Part shown: piece after piece, positions 12,528 to 27,013 of the stretch
How positions within the stretch are numbered: the first letter of the stretch is position 1
Layout of the letters: each line of letters opens with the position of its first letter
IMG/VR virus record: IMGVR_UViG_2718218361_000005
Length of the DNA: 46,513 nucleotides
Direction: 5' to 3' (one strand)
Source of the DNA: a virus
Lineage: Duplodnaviria; Heunggongvirae; Uroviricota; Caudoviricetes
Position numbers and translations under genes: made by a program
Notes under the pieces: model-generated
Seen by the model: only the letters and a program-made list of their open reading frames with translations
The model's database searches: none
Told to the model about the DNA's origin: nothing

Positions 12528-15085
12528 CGTCCACCTCCGGAGAACAGGCCACCATCACGCATCTGTGTCTGAATTTCATCACGGGCACCCTTGCGGGCCA
12601 TGTCATACACCGCCTTCAGAGCAGCCGGACCTATCTGCCCGTTCGTGCCGTCGTTGTTAATCACCACATGGTTATTCTGCTCAAACGTCCCGGACGCCTG
12701 CGACCGGCTGTCTGCCATGCTGCCCGGTGTACCGACATAACCGCCGGTGGCATAGCCGCGCATCAGCCGGTAAAGATTCCCCACGCCAATCCGGCTGGTT
12801 GCCTCCTTCGTGAAGACAAACTCACCACGGTGAACAATCCCCGCTGGCTCATATTTGCCGCCGGTTCCCGTAAATCCTCCGGTTGCAAAATGGAATTTCG
12901 CCGCAGCGGCCTGAATGGCTGTACCGCCTGACGCGGATGCGCCGCCACCAACAGCCCCGCCAATGGCGCTGCCGATACTCCCGACAATCCCCACCATTGC
13001 CTGCTTAAGCAGAATTTCTGTCATCATGGACAGCACGGAACGGGTGAAGCTGCGCCAGTTCTGCTCACTGCCGGTCAGCATCGCCGCCATATTCTGTGCA
13101 ATACCATCAAAGGTCTGCGTGGCTGCACTTTTTACCTGCGACATACTGTCCGTGGCGCTCTCTTCCCACTCACTCCAGCCGGACTTCAGGCCTGCCATCC
13201 AGTTCCCGCGAAGCTGGTCTTCAGCCGCCCAGGTCTTTTTCTGCTCTGACATGACGTTATTCAGCGCCAGCGGATTATCGCCATACTGTTCCTTCAGGCG
13301 CTGTTCCGTGGCTTCCCGTTCTGCCTGCCGGTCAGTCAGCCCCCGGCTTTTCGCATCAATGGCGGCCCATTTTGCCCGTTGCTGCTGTGCGAATTTATCC
13401 GCCTGCTGCGCCAGCGCGTTCAGGCGCTCCTGATACGTAACCTTGTCGCCAAGTGCAGCCAGCTGGCGTTTGTACTCCAGCGTCTCATCTTTATGCGCCA
13501 GCAGGGATTTCTCCTGTGCAGACAGCTGGCGACGTTGCGCCGCCTCCTCCAGTACCGCGAACTGACTCTCCGCCTTCCACAAATCCCGGCGCTGCTGGCT
13601 GATTTTCTCATTTGCTCCGGCATGCTTCTCCAGCGTCCGGAGTTCTGCCTGAAGCGTCAGCAGGGCAGCATGAGCACTGTCTTCCTGACGATCGCCCGCA
13701 GACACCTTCACGCCGGACTGTTTCGGCTTTTTCAGCGTCGCTTCATAATCCTTTTTCGCCGCCGCCATCAGCGTGTTGTAATCCGCCTGCAGGATTTTCC
13801 CGTCTTTCAGTGCCTTGTTCAGTTCTTCCTGACGGGCGGTATATTTCTCCAGCGGCGTCTGCAGCCGTTCGTAAGCCTTCTGCGCCTCTTCGGTATATTT
13901 CAGCCGTGACGCTTCGGTATCGCTCTGCTGCTGCGCATTTTTGTCCTGTTGACTCTGCTGCTCAGCCTTCTTTCGGGCGGCTTCAAGCGCAAGACGGGCC
14001 TTTTCACGATCATCCCAGTAACGCGCCCGCGCTTCATCGTTAACAAAATAATCATCCTTGCGCAGATTCCAGATATCGTCCGCTTTCTTAAACGCGGCCT
14101 CTGCCTTAATCAGCATCTCCTGCGCGGTATCAGGACGACCAATATCCAGCACCGCATCCCACATGGATTTGAATGCCCGTGCTGTCCTGTCTGCCCAGGT
14201 TTCCAGCGTGCCCATGTTCTCTTTCAAGCGTCGGGTCTGGTCATCAAACCCTTTCGTTGCGGCCTCGTTCGCCGCCTGCAATGCCCCGGCTTCATCGCCG
14301 GAACGCTGCAACTGAGCAACATACGCAATCTGCTCCGCCGTCACGTTATGGAACTGGCGTGCCATCGCCGTCAGCCCCGACGTCGGGTCTGTGGTCAGCT
14401 TCCCGAAGGCTTCAGCGACCTTGTCCACCTCCACGCCGGATGCAGAGGAGAAACGCGCCACACTCTGGCTGATGGACGCAATCTGAGCCTCACCGCTTAC
14501 CCCCGCCTTAACCAGTGCGCTGAGTGACTCGCTGGTCTGGTTAAACGTCAGCCCTGCCGCCTGCCCGGCTCTGGACAGGACCAGCATACGATCTGCCGTC
14601 AGTCCCGCCTGATTGCCGGAAAGGACCAGCGTTTTGTTGAAATCGGACAGGGTTGAGTTGCCCTGATACCAGGCATACGCCAGCGCTCCGGTCGCCACCG
14701 CCAGCGAGGTAGCCCCCACCATCGGCAGGGTGATCGCACCGGCAAGCCCCCGGAACATGGGGATCATCCCGCCGAAGGAGTCCTTCACCTGACCCCCCTG
14801 TTGCAGCAGGATCAGCCACGGACTTTGCCCGCCTGCAAGCTGCGTGGCCACGTCAGTGAACTGCGCAGGCAGCATACGCATGGCGGCTTTATACTGCCCG
14901 ACGGAAATTCCCGCTTTCTGTGCAGCCAGCGCCTGCCGGTTCATCGACTGTTCAACGACTGCCGCTGTTTTTTTCGCATCACTTTCCGTACCGGAAAAAT
15001 GACGCCTGACTCTGGCCATCTGCTCGTCAAATCTGGCCGCATCCAGACTCAAATCAACGACCAGATCGCCTACCGGTTCAGCCAT
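12524..15085 (-). CDS. H: Tail tape measure protein H (853 aa)
   Basis: Length and sequence match lambda H. Confidence 0.95.
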   Translation of the reverse strand: MAEPVGDLVVDLSLDAARFDEQMARVRRHFSGTESDAKKTAAVVEQSMNRQALAAQKAGISVGQYKAAMRMLPAQFTDVATQLAGGQSPWLILLQQGGQVKDSFGGMIPMFRGLAGAITLPMVGATSLAVATGALAYAWYQGNSTLSDFNKTLVLSGNQAGLTADRMLVLSRAGQAAGLTFNQTSESLSALVKAGVSGEAQIASISQSVARFSSASGVEVDKVAEAFGKLTTDPTSGLTAMARQFHNVTAEQIAYVAQLQRSGDEAGALQAANEAATKGFDDQTRRLKENMGTLETWADRTARAFKSMWDAVLDIGRPDTAQEMLIKAEAAFKKADDIWNLRKDDYFVNDEARARYWDDREKARLALEAARKKAEQQSQQDKNAQQQSDTEASRLKYTEEAQKAYERLQTPLEKYTARQEELNKALKDGKILQADYNTLMAAAKKDYEATLKKPKQSGVKVSAGDRQEDSAHAALLTLQAELRTLEKHAGANEKISQQRRDLWKAESQFAVLEEAAQRRQLSAQEKSLLAHKDETLEYKRQLAALGDKVTYQERLNALAQQADKFAQQQRAKWAAIDAKSRGLTDRQAEREATEQRLKEQYGDNPLALNNVMSEQKKTWAAEDQLRGNWMAGLKSGWSEWEESATDSMSQVKSAATQTFDGIAQNMAAMLTGSEQNWRSFTRSVLSMMTEILLKQAMVGIVGSIGSAIGGAVGGGASASGGTAIQAAAAKFHFATGGFTGTGGKYEPAGIVHRGEFVFTKEATSRIGVGNLYRLMRGYATGGYVGTPGSMADSRSQASGTFEQNNHVVINNDGTNGQIGPAALKAVYDMARKGARDEIQTQMRDGGLFSGGGR

Positions 15086-15916
15086 ACCGGACTCCTCCTG
15101 CGATCCCTTCTGATACTGTCATCAGCATTACGTCATCCTCCGTCATGTCCGCCACATCCGGGGAAGCGGGGATAACTTCATTCCCGTCCGGGCCAAAGCG
15201 GACGCCTCCGGCAAGCCCTGCCGCTTTCTGCATCAGCACATCATCTTCAGGCTCTTCGTCAGCCTCGCGCCGGTTCAGCAGACTGAAATCCAGCGGATGC
15301 ATATCCGGATCGCTGAAAAACAGGCTGAGTACGGTGTACGTCAGCCCGGAAAAGTGCATATCCAGCAGAACATCATGAAAATAATGGGTACTGTAAAAGC
15401 GGTGCCAGTCGGCATACTCCGTGGATGACATCCCGGCAAGCATGGCGCGCCAGTCGGGTCGCCCCATCTCACGCGCCAGTTTCAGGGCAAAACTCAGCTC
15501 ACCGTCGAACACTTTCCCGCAGAAACAGGCTCTGCTGGCCCGGCGTCATCTGCCTGTTCAGGTGCATCATTCACAACAAACTCAGACATACCGGACAGAC
15601 GCATTACCACATTTTCAGCCTGAGCAATTGCCTCTGTGGGCCAGGTGGTAAGCACTTCCTGCTCAATTTGTTTAACGGCTTCATTCATGGACGGCATCTT
15701 TGTCTTCTGCGGATGGCTATGCCACAGGGACATCGCCACCAGAAAAGCACCGGTTCTGACGAGATCTTCCACGCTCACCTGTCGATTGAGACTGGATCCC
15801 GCCTGTTCTGCCTGTCGTTTCAGCAGGGCGAGATGCTCAATTCGCTGCAGGGCTGACAGTTCAGAAAGCGTGACGCTCACACCGTTATATTCAAATGATT
15901 CGGTTTTCAGGAACAT
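15078..15916 (-). CDS. T: Tail assembly protein G-T, produced by programmed -1 frameshift from G into the T frame
   Basis: T-frame ORF 15078..15512 has no proper start and continues from the GGGAAAG slip site; arrangement identical to lambda G/GT. Confidence 0.85.
15494..15916 (-). CDS. G: Tail assembly chaperone G (140 aa)
   Basis: Matches lambda G, ending ...AGKCSTVS; slippery heptamer near its 3' end. Confidence 0.95.
   Translation of the reverse strand: MFLKTESFEYNGVSVTLSELSALQRIEHLALLKRQAEQAGSSLNRQVSVEDLVRTGAFLVAMSLWHSHPQKTKMPSMNEAVKQIEQEVLTTWPTEAIAQAENVVMRLSGMSEFVVNDAPEQADDAGPAEPVSAGKCSTVS
15512..15518 (-). other. Slippery heptamer G_GGA_AAG for the G to G-T -1 ribosomal frameshift
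   Basis: Plus-strand ctttccc at 15512-15518, reverse complement gggaaag in the G reading frame. Confidence 0.85.
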
Positions 15917-15931
15917 CGCTGACTCTCCGGA

Positions 15932-16672
15932 TTAACTGTCGGTGACGGTGATTTCTGCAACCACAGCAAGTTCACCATTACCGGATACAACCGGAATGTT
16001 GACCTTGCCTGCAGCAACACCTTTCACGGTGATGGTCATACCACTGACCGACACGGTGGCTTTTGTTTTATCCGCAGACACCGCACGGAAGCTCTTGTCG
16101 GTTGCGCCTTCCGGCTGGAATGCCACGGTCAGCGTGGTGCTCTGCCCTTTCACCACCGAAGTGCTGGCAGGCGTCACGGTCATGCCGGTTGCCGCTGTTA
16201 CCGTGCTGCGATCTTCTGCCATCGACGGACGTCCCACGTTGGTGACTTTCACCGTGCGGGTGATCACTTCCTTCGCCGTCACCGCCTTACCGATACTGCT
16301 GACCCAGCCGCGGAACACATCGACCGTGCCGTTCGGGAAGCGGATTTTATAGGCACGGGTATCCCCTTCATTAAACCACGCCAGCAGCGCCTGCTGCCCC
16401 TGCTCTCCGGGCATCCACGCCAGCGTGAAGCTGGTATCTCCGGCAGATTTCTGCCCCTGCCCGGTCGCAGTCCAGTCCGCATCTTCATCATCGAGATAGC
16501 TGTCGTCATAGGACTCAGCGGTCAGTTCGCCGGGCGTCAGGTCTTTAACTTTAGCCAGACGCGACCAGTCAACGTCTGAAAGCGGGTTCGCATAAGGGTC
16601 ACCGTTCCCCTTATAAACCCACAGTGTGGTCCCGGCCCCTTTCACCGGCATTACTGGATTTGGTACAGGCAT
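15932..16672 (-). CDS. V: Major tail protein V (246 aa) with C-terminal Ig-like domain
   Basis: ATG at 16670-16672 (MPVPNP...) preceded by GAGGA; matches lambda V. Confidence 0.95.
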   Translation of the reverse strand: MPVPNPVMPVKGAGTTLWVYKGNGDPYANPLSDVDWSRLAKVKDLTPGELTAESYDDSYLDDEDADWTATGQGQKSAGDTSFTLAWMPGEQGQQALLAWFNEGDTRAYKIRFPNGTVDVFRGWVSSIGKAVTAKEVITRTVKVTNVGRPSMAEDRSTVTAATGMTVTPASTSVVKGQSTTLTVAFQPEGATDKSFRAVSADKTKATVSVSGMTITVKGVAAGKVNIPVVSGNGELAVVAEITVTDS

Positions 16673-16679
16673 ATCGTCC

Positions 16680-17075
16680 TCACATTTCATAGGTAATGAC
16701 ATAAGTCAGATCGGCTGAACTCCACAGGCCCGCATCATCGTCGCGCCGGTAGTCATAGCCACTGGCCACCATACTGGTGATCAAATCTGACAGTGCCGGG
16801 ACATCGCTCATCACCGGATAAATCCGGGACTCCATCCACGAATCCAGCTCTGAATCCGGCACCTGAGCAGGCAGGAAAACTTCAATATGCAGCTCCGCCT
16901 GCCAGATATCACTGTCCAGCTCTTCGCCCGTGTATTCAGCGCCGGTGAGATAAACGGCAATTGCCGGAAAATCCGCCTCATCAAAAACAGCGGGGCGACC
17001 ATCAAAAAGCGTCGCCCCGGTGTCATGCTTCTCCAGTGCATCCAGTACGGCTGCACGGAGTTCAGTATGTTTCAT
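16680..17075 (-). CDS. U: Tail terminator protein U (131 aa)
   Basis: Matches lambda U. Confidence 0.95.
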   Translation of the reverse strand: MKHTELRAAVLDALEKHDTGATLFDGRPAVFDEADFPAIAVYLTGAEYTGEELDSDIWQAELHIEVFLPAQVPDSELDSWMESRIYPVMSDVPALSDLITSMVASGYDYRRDDDAGLWSSADLTYVITYEM

Positions 17076-17650
17076 CGCTTTATTACCATTCTCAGTTGAT
17101 GCTGCAGCGCATAGCCCAGCTCTTTCGGAAGACGTTCACGCCGTATCCGTTCAATATTCTGTTTAAACGCCGTGGTAAGCGGCACCGCCATCGGGATTTT
17201 CACCACATCAATGGGGTAACGGTTTTTCCCGGCCACACGCTGCATGACATGCCACCGGCCATTTTTCAGTTGCTGAATAAACGCGCCGGGAATACGACGG
17301 TTTCCCACCACAAGCACGCTGCCGCCACCTTTCAGGGATGAACGCTGCCCCTTTTTACGACGTCTGCGGCGGGAAAGGACAACCCGCGCGTTACCCAGCT
17401 TGATTACGGGCAAATCCCCCCGGTTAACCCTGATTCTGGCCTGCGGATTTTTGACCGTGGCCCTTTTCAGCCTGGCCCTTTCCTTTACCAGTTTCCGGCG
17501 TACCTTTGTCTCACGGGCAACCTGTGACGCAGACTGCGATATCGCGGATGACGCAACGCGGTTAATGGCCATTGCGGCGGCACCAGGCACCGCCGTTTTG
17601 CTGATACGGCTGAGGTTTTCAACGGCCTGCTCAAGACCTTTTATGGCCAT
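17072..17650 (-). CDS. Z: Tail completion protein Z (192 aa)
   Basis: Matches lambda Z. Confidence 0.95.
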   Translation of the reverse strand: MAIKGLEQAVENLSRISKTAVPGAAAMAINRVASSAISQSASQVARETKVRRKLVKERARLKRATVKNPQARIRVNRGDLPVIKLGNARVVLSRRRRRKKGQRSSLKGGGSVLVVGNRRIPGAFIQQLKNGRWHVMQRVAGKNRYPIDVVKIPMAVPLTTAFKQNIERIRRERLPKELGYALQHQLRMVIKR

Positions 17651-17661
17651 ACATCCCCCTT

Positions 17662-18015
17662 TCAGCGGCGACGGTTAACGGCAGGCGGCACGCCACGCCC
17701 AAGCCAGAGATGACAGCTTCCGCCATCATCCGGCGAAATCCGGTCCACCCAGAAGTTTTCCTCGCCGATGGTCAGTGTGTCTCCACGCCGCAGCTGCCGC
17801 ACATCATCAGTCCGGACAAACAGGGACGGGCTGGAGCCTTCAACGCGCACCCCCTGTCCGGCATAGCTGATATTTTCAGGGTCATCAAAAACACCACGTA
17901 TCACAGCACCGGACAGCTCACCGGATGTCATGGTGGCTGACGTTCCCATGTACCCGCGTATCGTTTCATCGGCGCGGGCAATGGCAGCATCGAACAGGTT
18001 ATCGGAATCAGCCAC
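17662..18015 (-). CDS. FII: Head-tail joining protein FII (117 aa)
   Basis: Matches lambda FII. Confidence 0.95.
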   Translation of the reverse strand: MADSDNLFDAAIARADETIRGYMGTSATMTSGELSGAVIRGVFDDPENISYAGQGVRVEGSSPSLFVRTDDVRQLRRGDTLTIGEENFWVDRISPDDGGSCHLWLGRGVPPAVNRRR

Positions 18016-18026
18016 AGCGCCTCCCG

Positions 18027-18422
18027 TTATTGCATTCTGGCCAGGCCATGTTCTGTCATTTCGGCTGCCACACCGGCAGAGACACGAAACGCCGTTCCCG
18101 GCAGCACAAATGCCACAGGCTCATCCCGCGTGGCGTGAAGTGCATCAGTATGCAGCGTCACCAGTGCCACGACCGTGACCAGAGCAGCCGTATCAATCAC
18201 GGTATCCGGCTGCGCTGATACCACCTCATTTTCATGTCCGGTCAGCGCATTTTCCGGGCTGACAGATGTGTCCTGACCGGCAGCGTCATCCGTGTCATCA
18301 AGCTCCTCTTCCAGCTCTGCCACACGGAGCACCAGTTCTTCTTTCGTCCCCGTCAGGCTGACATCACGGTTCAGTTGCTCACCCAGCACCTGAAGACGGG
18401 CAATCAGTTCATCTTTCGTCAT
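18027..18422 (-). CDS. FI: DNA packaging protein FI
   Basis: ATG at 18420-18422 (MTKDELIARL...) preceded by GGAGGAG; matches lambda FI. Confidence 0.9.
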   Translation of the reverse strand: MTKDELIARLQVLGEQLNRDVSLTGTKEELVLRVAELEEELDDTDDAAGQDTSVSPENALTGHENEVVSAQPDTVIDTAALVTVVALVTLHTDALHATRDEPVAFVLPGTAFRVSAGVAAEMTEHGLARMQ

Positions 18423-18463
18423 GGACTCCTCCACAGAGAGAAAATGGCCCCGAAGGGCCATGA

Positions 18464-19489
18464 TTACGCCAGTTGTACGGACACGAACGCATCAGGATCA
18501 GCCAGCAGCATCAGCGGTGCTGACTGAATCATGGTGAACTCACGCGCCGGATCGCCGGTGGTCACCCAGTTTTTCGGGTAGCGGGCAGAGGCGTTAATAC
18601 CTTCGCGCTGTGCGTCCGCATCCTGAATGCAGCCATAGGTGCGCAGACCGCGTGCCTGAGTGTTCCCCAGCACCATCGTGTTGTCCGGCAGGAAGTTCTT
18701 TTTGACGTCGTTTTCCACGTACTGTCCGGAATACACGACGATCGCCGTATCGCCATACATCCCCTTATAGGACACCGCTTCGCCCAGGTCTTTTACCGCT
18801 GTCTCCAGCTCGGAATTAGAGCCGCGACGGGTATCCAGCTTCTCCTTGACGGCTTTGAAGGAACGGAACAGCGCCCAGCCTTTCGGATCAAACACGATGA
18901 TATTCACCACGCCGCTGGCGTTCAGCGCATAGGCTTCGATATCGTCGGTCGGGTCATACGTGGACTTGTCACGCTTGCTCCACTCCGTACCACCGGACTG
19001 TGTGATGTTGTTCGCCGCACTGCGGCCCATATCCACCTCAACCGGATCGAAGGCTTCACCGGTCATGGTGTATTTGCCCTTAAGCACAGCAGAAACTGCC
19101 TGCATCTCTTCGACCTGAGCAATGGCCAGCTCTTCGTCTCGCATGTTCTGCATGATGATGCGACGGCGGCGGTAAGCCGGGTCCGCCAGATTCTGCGGAT
19201 CTTCATCCGGCAGGCGACGCAGGGTCATCTGCGGATTCACCTCATGCTTGGGTTTGACATATCCCGGCGTAAATTCAGAGGTGGAGCCGCCACGGGAACG
19301 GATAACCTCACCGGAAACAATCGGCGAAACGTACAGCGCCATGTTTACCAGTCCCGGAATTTGTGAGAGATAGACTTTCTCCGTGGTGAAGGGATAGCTC
19401 TCACGGAAAAAGAGACGCAGAAACAGCGGATCAAACTTAAATTTCTGCTCATTTGCCGCCAGCAGCTGGGCGGTTGTGTACATCGACAT
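18464..19489 (-). CDS. E: Major capsid protein E (341 aa)
   Basis: From MSMYTTAQLLAANEQ...; matches lambda E. Confidence 0.95.
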   Translation of the reverse strand: MSMYTTAQLLAANEQKFKFDPLFLRLFFRESYPFTTEKVYLSQIPGLVNMALYVSPIVSGEVIRSRGGSTSEFTPGYVKPKHEVNPQMTLRRLPDEDPQNLADPAYRRRRIIMQNMRDEELAIAQVEEMQAVSAVLKGKYTMTGEAFDPVEVDMGRSAANNITQSGGTEWSKRDKSTYDPTDDIEAYALNASGVVNIIVFDPKGWALFRSFKAVKEKLDTRRGSNSELETAVKDLGEAVSYKGMYGDTAIVVYSGQYVENDVKKNFLPDNTMVLGNTQARGLRTYGCIQDADAQREGINASARYPKNWVTTGDPAREFTMIQSAPLMLLADPDAFVSVQLA

Positions 19490-19544
19490 AAAAAAATCCC
19501 GTAAAAAAAGCCGCACAGGCGGCCTTTAGTGATGAAGGGTAAGG

Positions 19545-19877
19545 TTAAACGATGCTGATTGCCGTTCCGGCAAACGCGGTCCGTTTTTTCGTCTCGTCGC
19601 TGGCAGCCTCCGGCCAGAGCACATCCTCATAACGGAACGTGCCGGACTTGTAGAACGTCAGCGTGGTGCTGGTCTGGTCAGCATCAACCGCCAGAATGCC
19701 AACGGCAGCACCGTCGGTGGTGCTATCCCACGCAACCAGCTTACGGGTGGAGGTATCCAGCATCAGCGGGGTCATTGCAGGCGCTTTCGCACTCAATCCG
19801 CCGGGCGCGGTTGCCGTATGTGCCGGGTCACTGTTGCCCAGCGGCTGGTAATGGGTAAAGGTTTCTTTGCTCGTCAT
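19545..19877 (-). CDS. D: Capsid decoration protein D (110 aa)
   Basis: From [12 protein letters not shown]...; matches lambda D. Confidence 0.95.
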   Translation of the reverse strand: MTSKETFTHYQPLGNSDPAHTATAPGGLSAKAPAMTPLMLDTSTRKLVAWDSTTDGAAVGILAVDADQTSTTLTFYKSGTFRYEDVLWPEAASDETKKRTAFAGTAISIV

Positions 19878-19886
19878 AAACATCCC

Positions 19887-20492
19887 TTACACTGGTGTGT
19901 TCAGCAAATCGTTAACGGCATCAGATGCCGGGTTACCTGCAGCCAGCGGTGCCGGTGCCCCCTGCATCAGACGATCCAGCGCAGTGTCACTGCGCGCCTG
20001 TGCACTCTGTGGTGCAGCTGCCAGAATGCGGCGGGCCGTTTCCACGGTCATACCGGGGGTTTCGGCCAGCACGCGGGCCTGTTCTTCGCGTCCGTGAGCC
20101 TCCTCACAGTTGAGGATCCCCATAATGCGGCTGTTTTCTGCCGCAACCGCAGCGGTGATCTGCGCGTTCACGTCCGGCTGCGCCGCGCTGGCGTTTTCGC
20201 CCTCCGTCGCTGGCACCACGTCAGTAACGTCAGTCTGCGAAGCAGTGGCTGAAACAGTTGTTGATTGAGTCTCTTTGGTCATTCGCCCTCCTGAGAGACG
20301 GGATTTACGCGCATCCAGTGCATCACGCATGACGGTGATCGCATCGGTGCTGTTAACAAGTTCATCAGCCAGTCCGGCATCAATGGCCTCCTGACCGCTG
20401 TACACTGCAGCCTCGGTATCCAGCACAGCCTGCACAGACAGGCCGGTATATGCCGACACCTTCTGTGCAAACATCTGGCGGGTTGCGTCCAT
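19887..20492 (-). CDS. nu3: Scaffolding protein Nu3, in-frame internal start within C
   Basis: In-frame ATG at 20490-20492, 714 nt downstream of the C start, the same offset as in lambda. Confidence 0.75.
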   Translation of the reverse strand: MDATRQMFAQKVSAYTGLSVQAVLDTEAAVYSGQEAIDAGLADELVNSTDAITVMRDALDARKSRLSGGRMTKETQSTTVSATASQTDVTDVVPATEGENASAAQPDVNAQITAAVAAENSRIMGILNCEEAHGREEQARVLAETPGMTVETARRILAAAPQSAQARSDTALDRLMQGAPAPLAAGNPASDAVNDLLNTPV

Positions 20493-21186
20493 CCGGGACT
20501 GCAGTGTCTCCCGGACGTCATCCGGAAGATGGCTGTAGGGATTGCCATCCACCTTATGGCTGCCGCTGTAAATCAGCGTGATTTCCACACCCTGTTTCTC
20601 CAGGGCAGCACCGTAATTACTGTGAGCCATCATGACGCCGATGGAGCCTGTCCGGGCGGTCTGCGTGACCAGACGCCGGGAGGCGGCACTGGCAAGCAGC
20701 TGACCTGCACTGCAGTTCATGTCGTTGGCCAGCGCCCATACCGGTTTTATGTCACGCACACGGGCGATGATGTCAGCGCAGTCAAATGCCCCCGCCACCA
20801 TTCCGCCTGGCGTGTCCATATCGAGCAGAATGCCGTCCACCATCGGGTCGCTGGCAGCCTGTTGCAGACGGGCGATAATGCCGTTGTAACCGGTCATCCC
20901 CGAGTACGGCTGCAGCGCCCGCGTCCGGCTGACCAGCGTGCCGGACACCGGCAGCACGGCGATGCCGTTCATGACCTGATAACTGCGGGCCTGTCGTGGT
21001 CCGTCATCATCACCGGATAATGCCAGCGTCGCGAGTGCCTCCTGGGCAGTCAGGCTGTCGCCGGACACCGCATCCGTCAGGCGGCTGATCCCAAGCTGGC
21101 CTGCAAGCGCACAAAAGAAAACCCGCGCATAGGCGGGTTCAAGCATCAGCGGCTCATTAAAAGCCATACTGGCAATATGCGGGAGA

Positions 21187-21206
<20 letters not shown>
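19887..21206 (-). CDS. C: Capsid assembly protease C (ClpP-like, 439 aa), GTG start
   Basis: GTG at 21204-21206 preceded by GAGGAGGAGA; product VTAELRNLPHIASMAFNEP... matches lambda C; overlaps the B stop as in lambda. Confidence 0.9.
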
Positions 21207-24887
<3,681 letters not shown>

Positions 24888-24913
<26 letters not shown>

Positions 24914-25433
24914 TCAGCAACCCCGGTATCAGTTCATCCAGCGCGGCTGCTTTGTTCATGGCTTTGATGATATCCCGTTTCAGGAAATCAACATGTCGGT
25001 TTTCCAGTTCCGGAAAACGCCGCTGCACCGACAGGGGGATCCCGTCGAGAATACTGGCAATTTCACCTGCGATCCGCGACAGCACGAAAGTACAGAATGC
25101 GGTTTCCACCACTTCAGCGGAGTCTCTGGCATTCTTCAGTTCCTGTGCGTCGGCCTGCGCACGCGTAAGTCGATGGCGTTCGTACTCAATAGTCCCTGGC
25201 TGGAGATCTGCCTCGCTGGCCTGCCGCAGTTCTTCAACCTCCCGGCGCAGCTTTTCGTTCTCAATTTCAGCATCCCTTTCGGCATACCATTTTATGACGG
25301 CGGCAGAGTCATAAAGCACCTCATTACCCTTGCCACCGCCTCGCAGAACGGGCATTCCCTGTTCCTGCCAGTTCTGAATGGTACGGATACTCGCACCGAA
25401 AATGTCAGCCAGCTGCTTTTTGTTGACTTCCAT
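24888..25433 (-). CDS. nu1: Terminase small subunit Nu1 (181 aa)
   Basis: Matches lambda Nu1 (MEVNKKQLADIFG...). Confidence 0.95.
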
Positions 25434-25610
25434 TGTTCATTCCACGGACAAAAACAGAGAAAGGAAACGACAGAGGCCAAAAAGCTCGCTTTCAGCACCT
25501 GTCGCTTCCTTTCTTTTCAGAGGGTATTTTAAATAAAAACATTAAGTTATGACGAAGAAGAACGGAAACGCCTTAAACCGGAAAATTTTCATAAATAGCG
25601 AAAACCCGCG

Positions 25611-25622
25611 AGGTCGCCGCCC
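25611..25622. other. cosN cohesive-end site (12-nt overhang sequence); cosB lies between it and Nu1, cosQ on the other side
   Basis: aggtcgccgccc is the reverse complement of the lambda cohesive end GGGCGGCGACCT; flanking sequence matches the lambda cos region. Confidence 0.9.
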
Positions 25623-25821
25623 CGTAACCTGTCGGATCGCCGGAAAGGACCCGCAAAATGATAATAATTATCATCTGCATGTCACAACGTGCATCTACGC
25701 CATCAAACCACGTCAAATAATCAATTATGACGCAGGTATCGTATTAATTGATCTGCATCAACTTAACGTAAAAACAACTTCAGACAATACAAATCAGCGA
25801 CACTGAATACGGGACAACCTC

Positions 25822-26055
25822 ATGTCAACGAAGAACAGAACCCGCAGAACAACAACCCGCAACATCCGCTTTCCTAACCAAATGATTGAACAAATTAACA
25901 TCGCTCTTGATCAAAAAGGGTCCGGGAATTTCTCAGCCTGGGTCATTGAAGCCTGCCGCCGGAGACTGTGCTCAGAAAAAAGAGTTTCTCCTGAAGCAAA
26001 CAAAGAAAAGAGTGACATTACTGAATTGCTCAGAAAACAGATCAGACCAGATTGA
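25822..26055 (+). CDS. Small basic protein, YlcI-like (DUF3950-type), 77 aa
   Basis: ORF track; product MSTKNRTRRTTTRNIRFPNQMIEQINIALDQKGSGNFSAWVIEACRRRL... matches the remembered DLP12 YlcI family. Confidence 0.6.
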   Translation: MSTKNRTRRTTTRNIRFPNQMIEQINIALDQKGSGNFSAWVIEACRRRLCSEKRVSPEANKEKSDITELLRKQIRPD

Positions 26056-26111
26056 AGCAATTTAGATAATCGTGCAGACTACGCCCCTCATATCACATGG
26101 AAGGTACTACA

Positions 26112-26522
26112 ATGGCTCAGGTTGCCATTTTTAAACAAATATTCGATAAAGTGCGAAATAATTTAAACTATCACTGGTTTTATTCTGAACTAAAACGTCA
26201 CAATGTTTCACATTACATTTACTATTTAGCCACAGAGAATATTCATCTTGTTCTTGAAAACGATAATACGGTTTTAATAAAAGGACAGGGTAAGGTTGTA
26301 AATGTAAGATTTTCAAAAAATAAATGCCTTATAGAAGCCACCTTAAAAGGATTCAAATCAGGAGAGTTATCATTTTACGAATACAGGAAAAATCTTGCTA
26401 CAGCAGGGGTTTTCAGATGGATTACAAATATCCACGAAAACAAAAGGTATTACTATACCTTTGATAATTCATTACTCTTTACTGAGAACATTCAGAACAC
26501 TACACAAATATTTCCGCACTAA
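26112..26522 (+). CDS. YbcV-like protein (DUF1398-type), 136 aa
   Basis: ATG at 26112 preceded by GGAAGG; product [18 protein letters not shown]...NTTQIFPH matches the DLP12 YbcV family. Confidence 0.65.
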   Translation: MAQVAIFKQIFDKVRNNLNYHWFYSELKRHNVSHYIYYLATENIHLVLENDNTVLIKGQGKVVNVRFSKNKCLIEATLKGFKSGELSFYEYRKNLATAGVFRWITNIHENKRYYYTFDNSLLFTENIQNTTQIFPH

Positions 26523-27013
26523 ATCATAACGTCCGGTTTCTTCCGTGCCAGAACCGGACTCGCTGGCATGATGAAATATGTGTACCCGGTAACCCCGGTG
26601 TGCATCGTTTTTGATTATTCCCGCACACTCGCGCAGAAGGAGTTCCCCGTCGGGCTACGGTCTCTGTTAATACGGGAATACGGCGACGATACAGCGCATG
26701 ATGTGTCAGGCTTGAATACCTTTATCCTTTAAAAGGGATATCAGTTAAGTTATCCCGTGTAGGGTATAAGCCATTATCAAAGCCACTCTGTAGGAAGTGG
26801 CTTTTGTAATGGCAATAAAAAGCCCCGCGAATGCGAGGCTAAATCCTGGTATTTGTAATGACTGGCTCTTATCTCAACGCAGCCCCTTACCGCGCGCAAA
26901 ATGCTCAATATCAAGCATCAGCAATGAGATGTTTAATCTGGATTCACTCCAGAAGTGAGCACCACCCTGTCTACAGAGCCAGATGTGAAGGATGATGAGT
27001 AAAATTATCGCTA

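Noticed and set aside
15078-15512. T-frame ORF as an independently initiated gene
   Set aside because: Its apparent start is a GTG inside the slippery region; by analogy with lambda it is expressed only as the G-T frameshift fusion.
25549-25806. 85-aa plus-strand ORF
   Set aside because: It spans cosN and the cos flanking sequence and has no SD; the region is the packaging site.
26530-27013. Bor lipoprotein gene expected between Rz and cos
   Set aside because: No ORF with a lipoprotein signal peptide or Bor-like sequence is present on either strand; bor appears absent or replaced.
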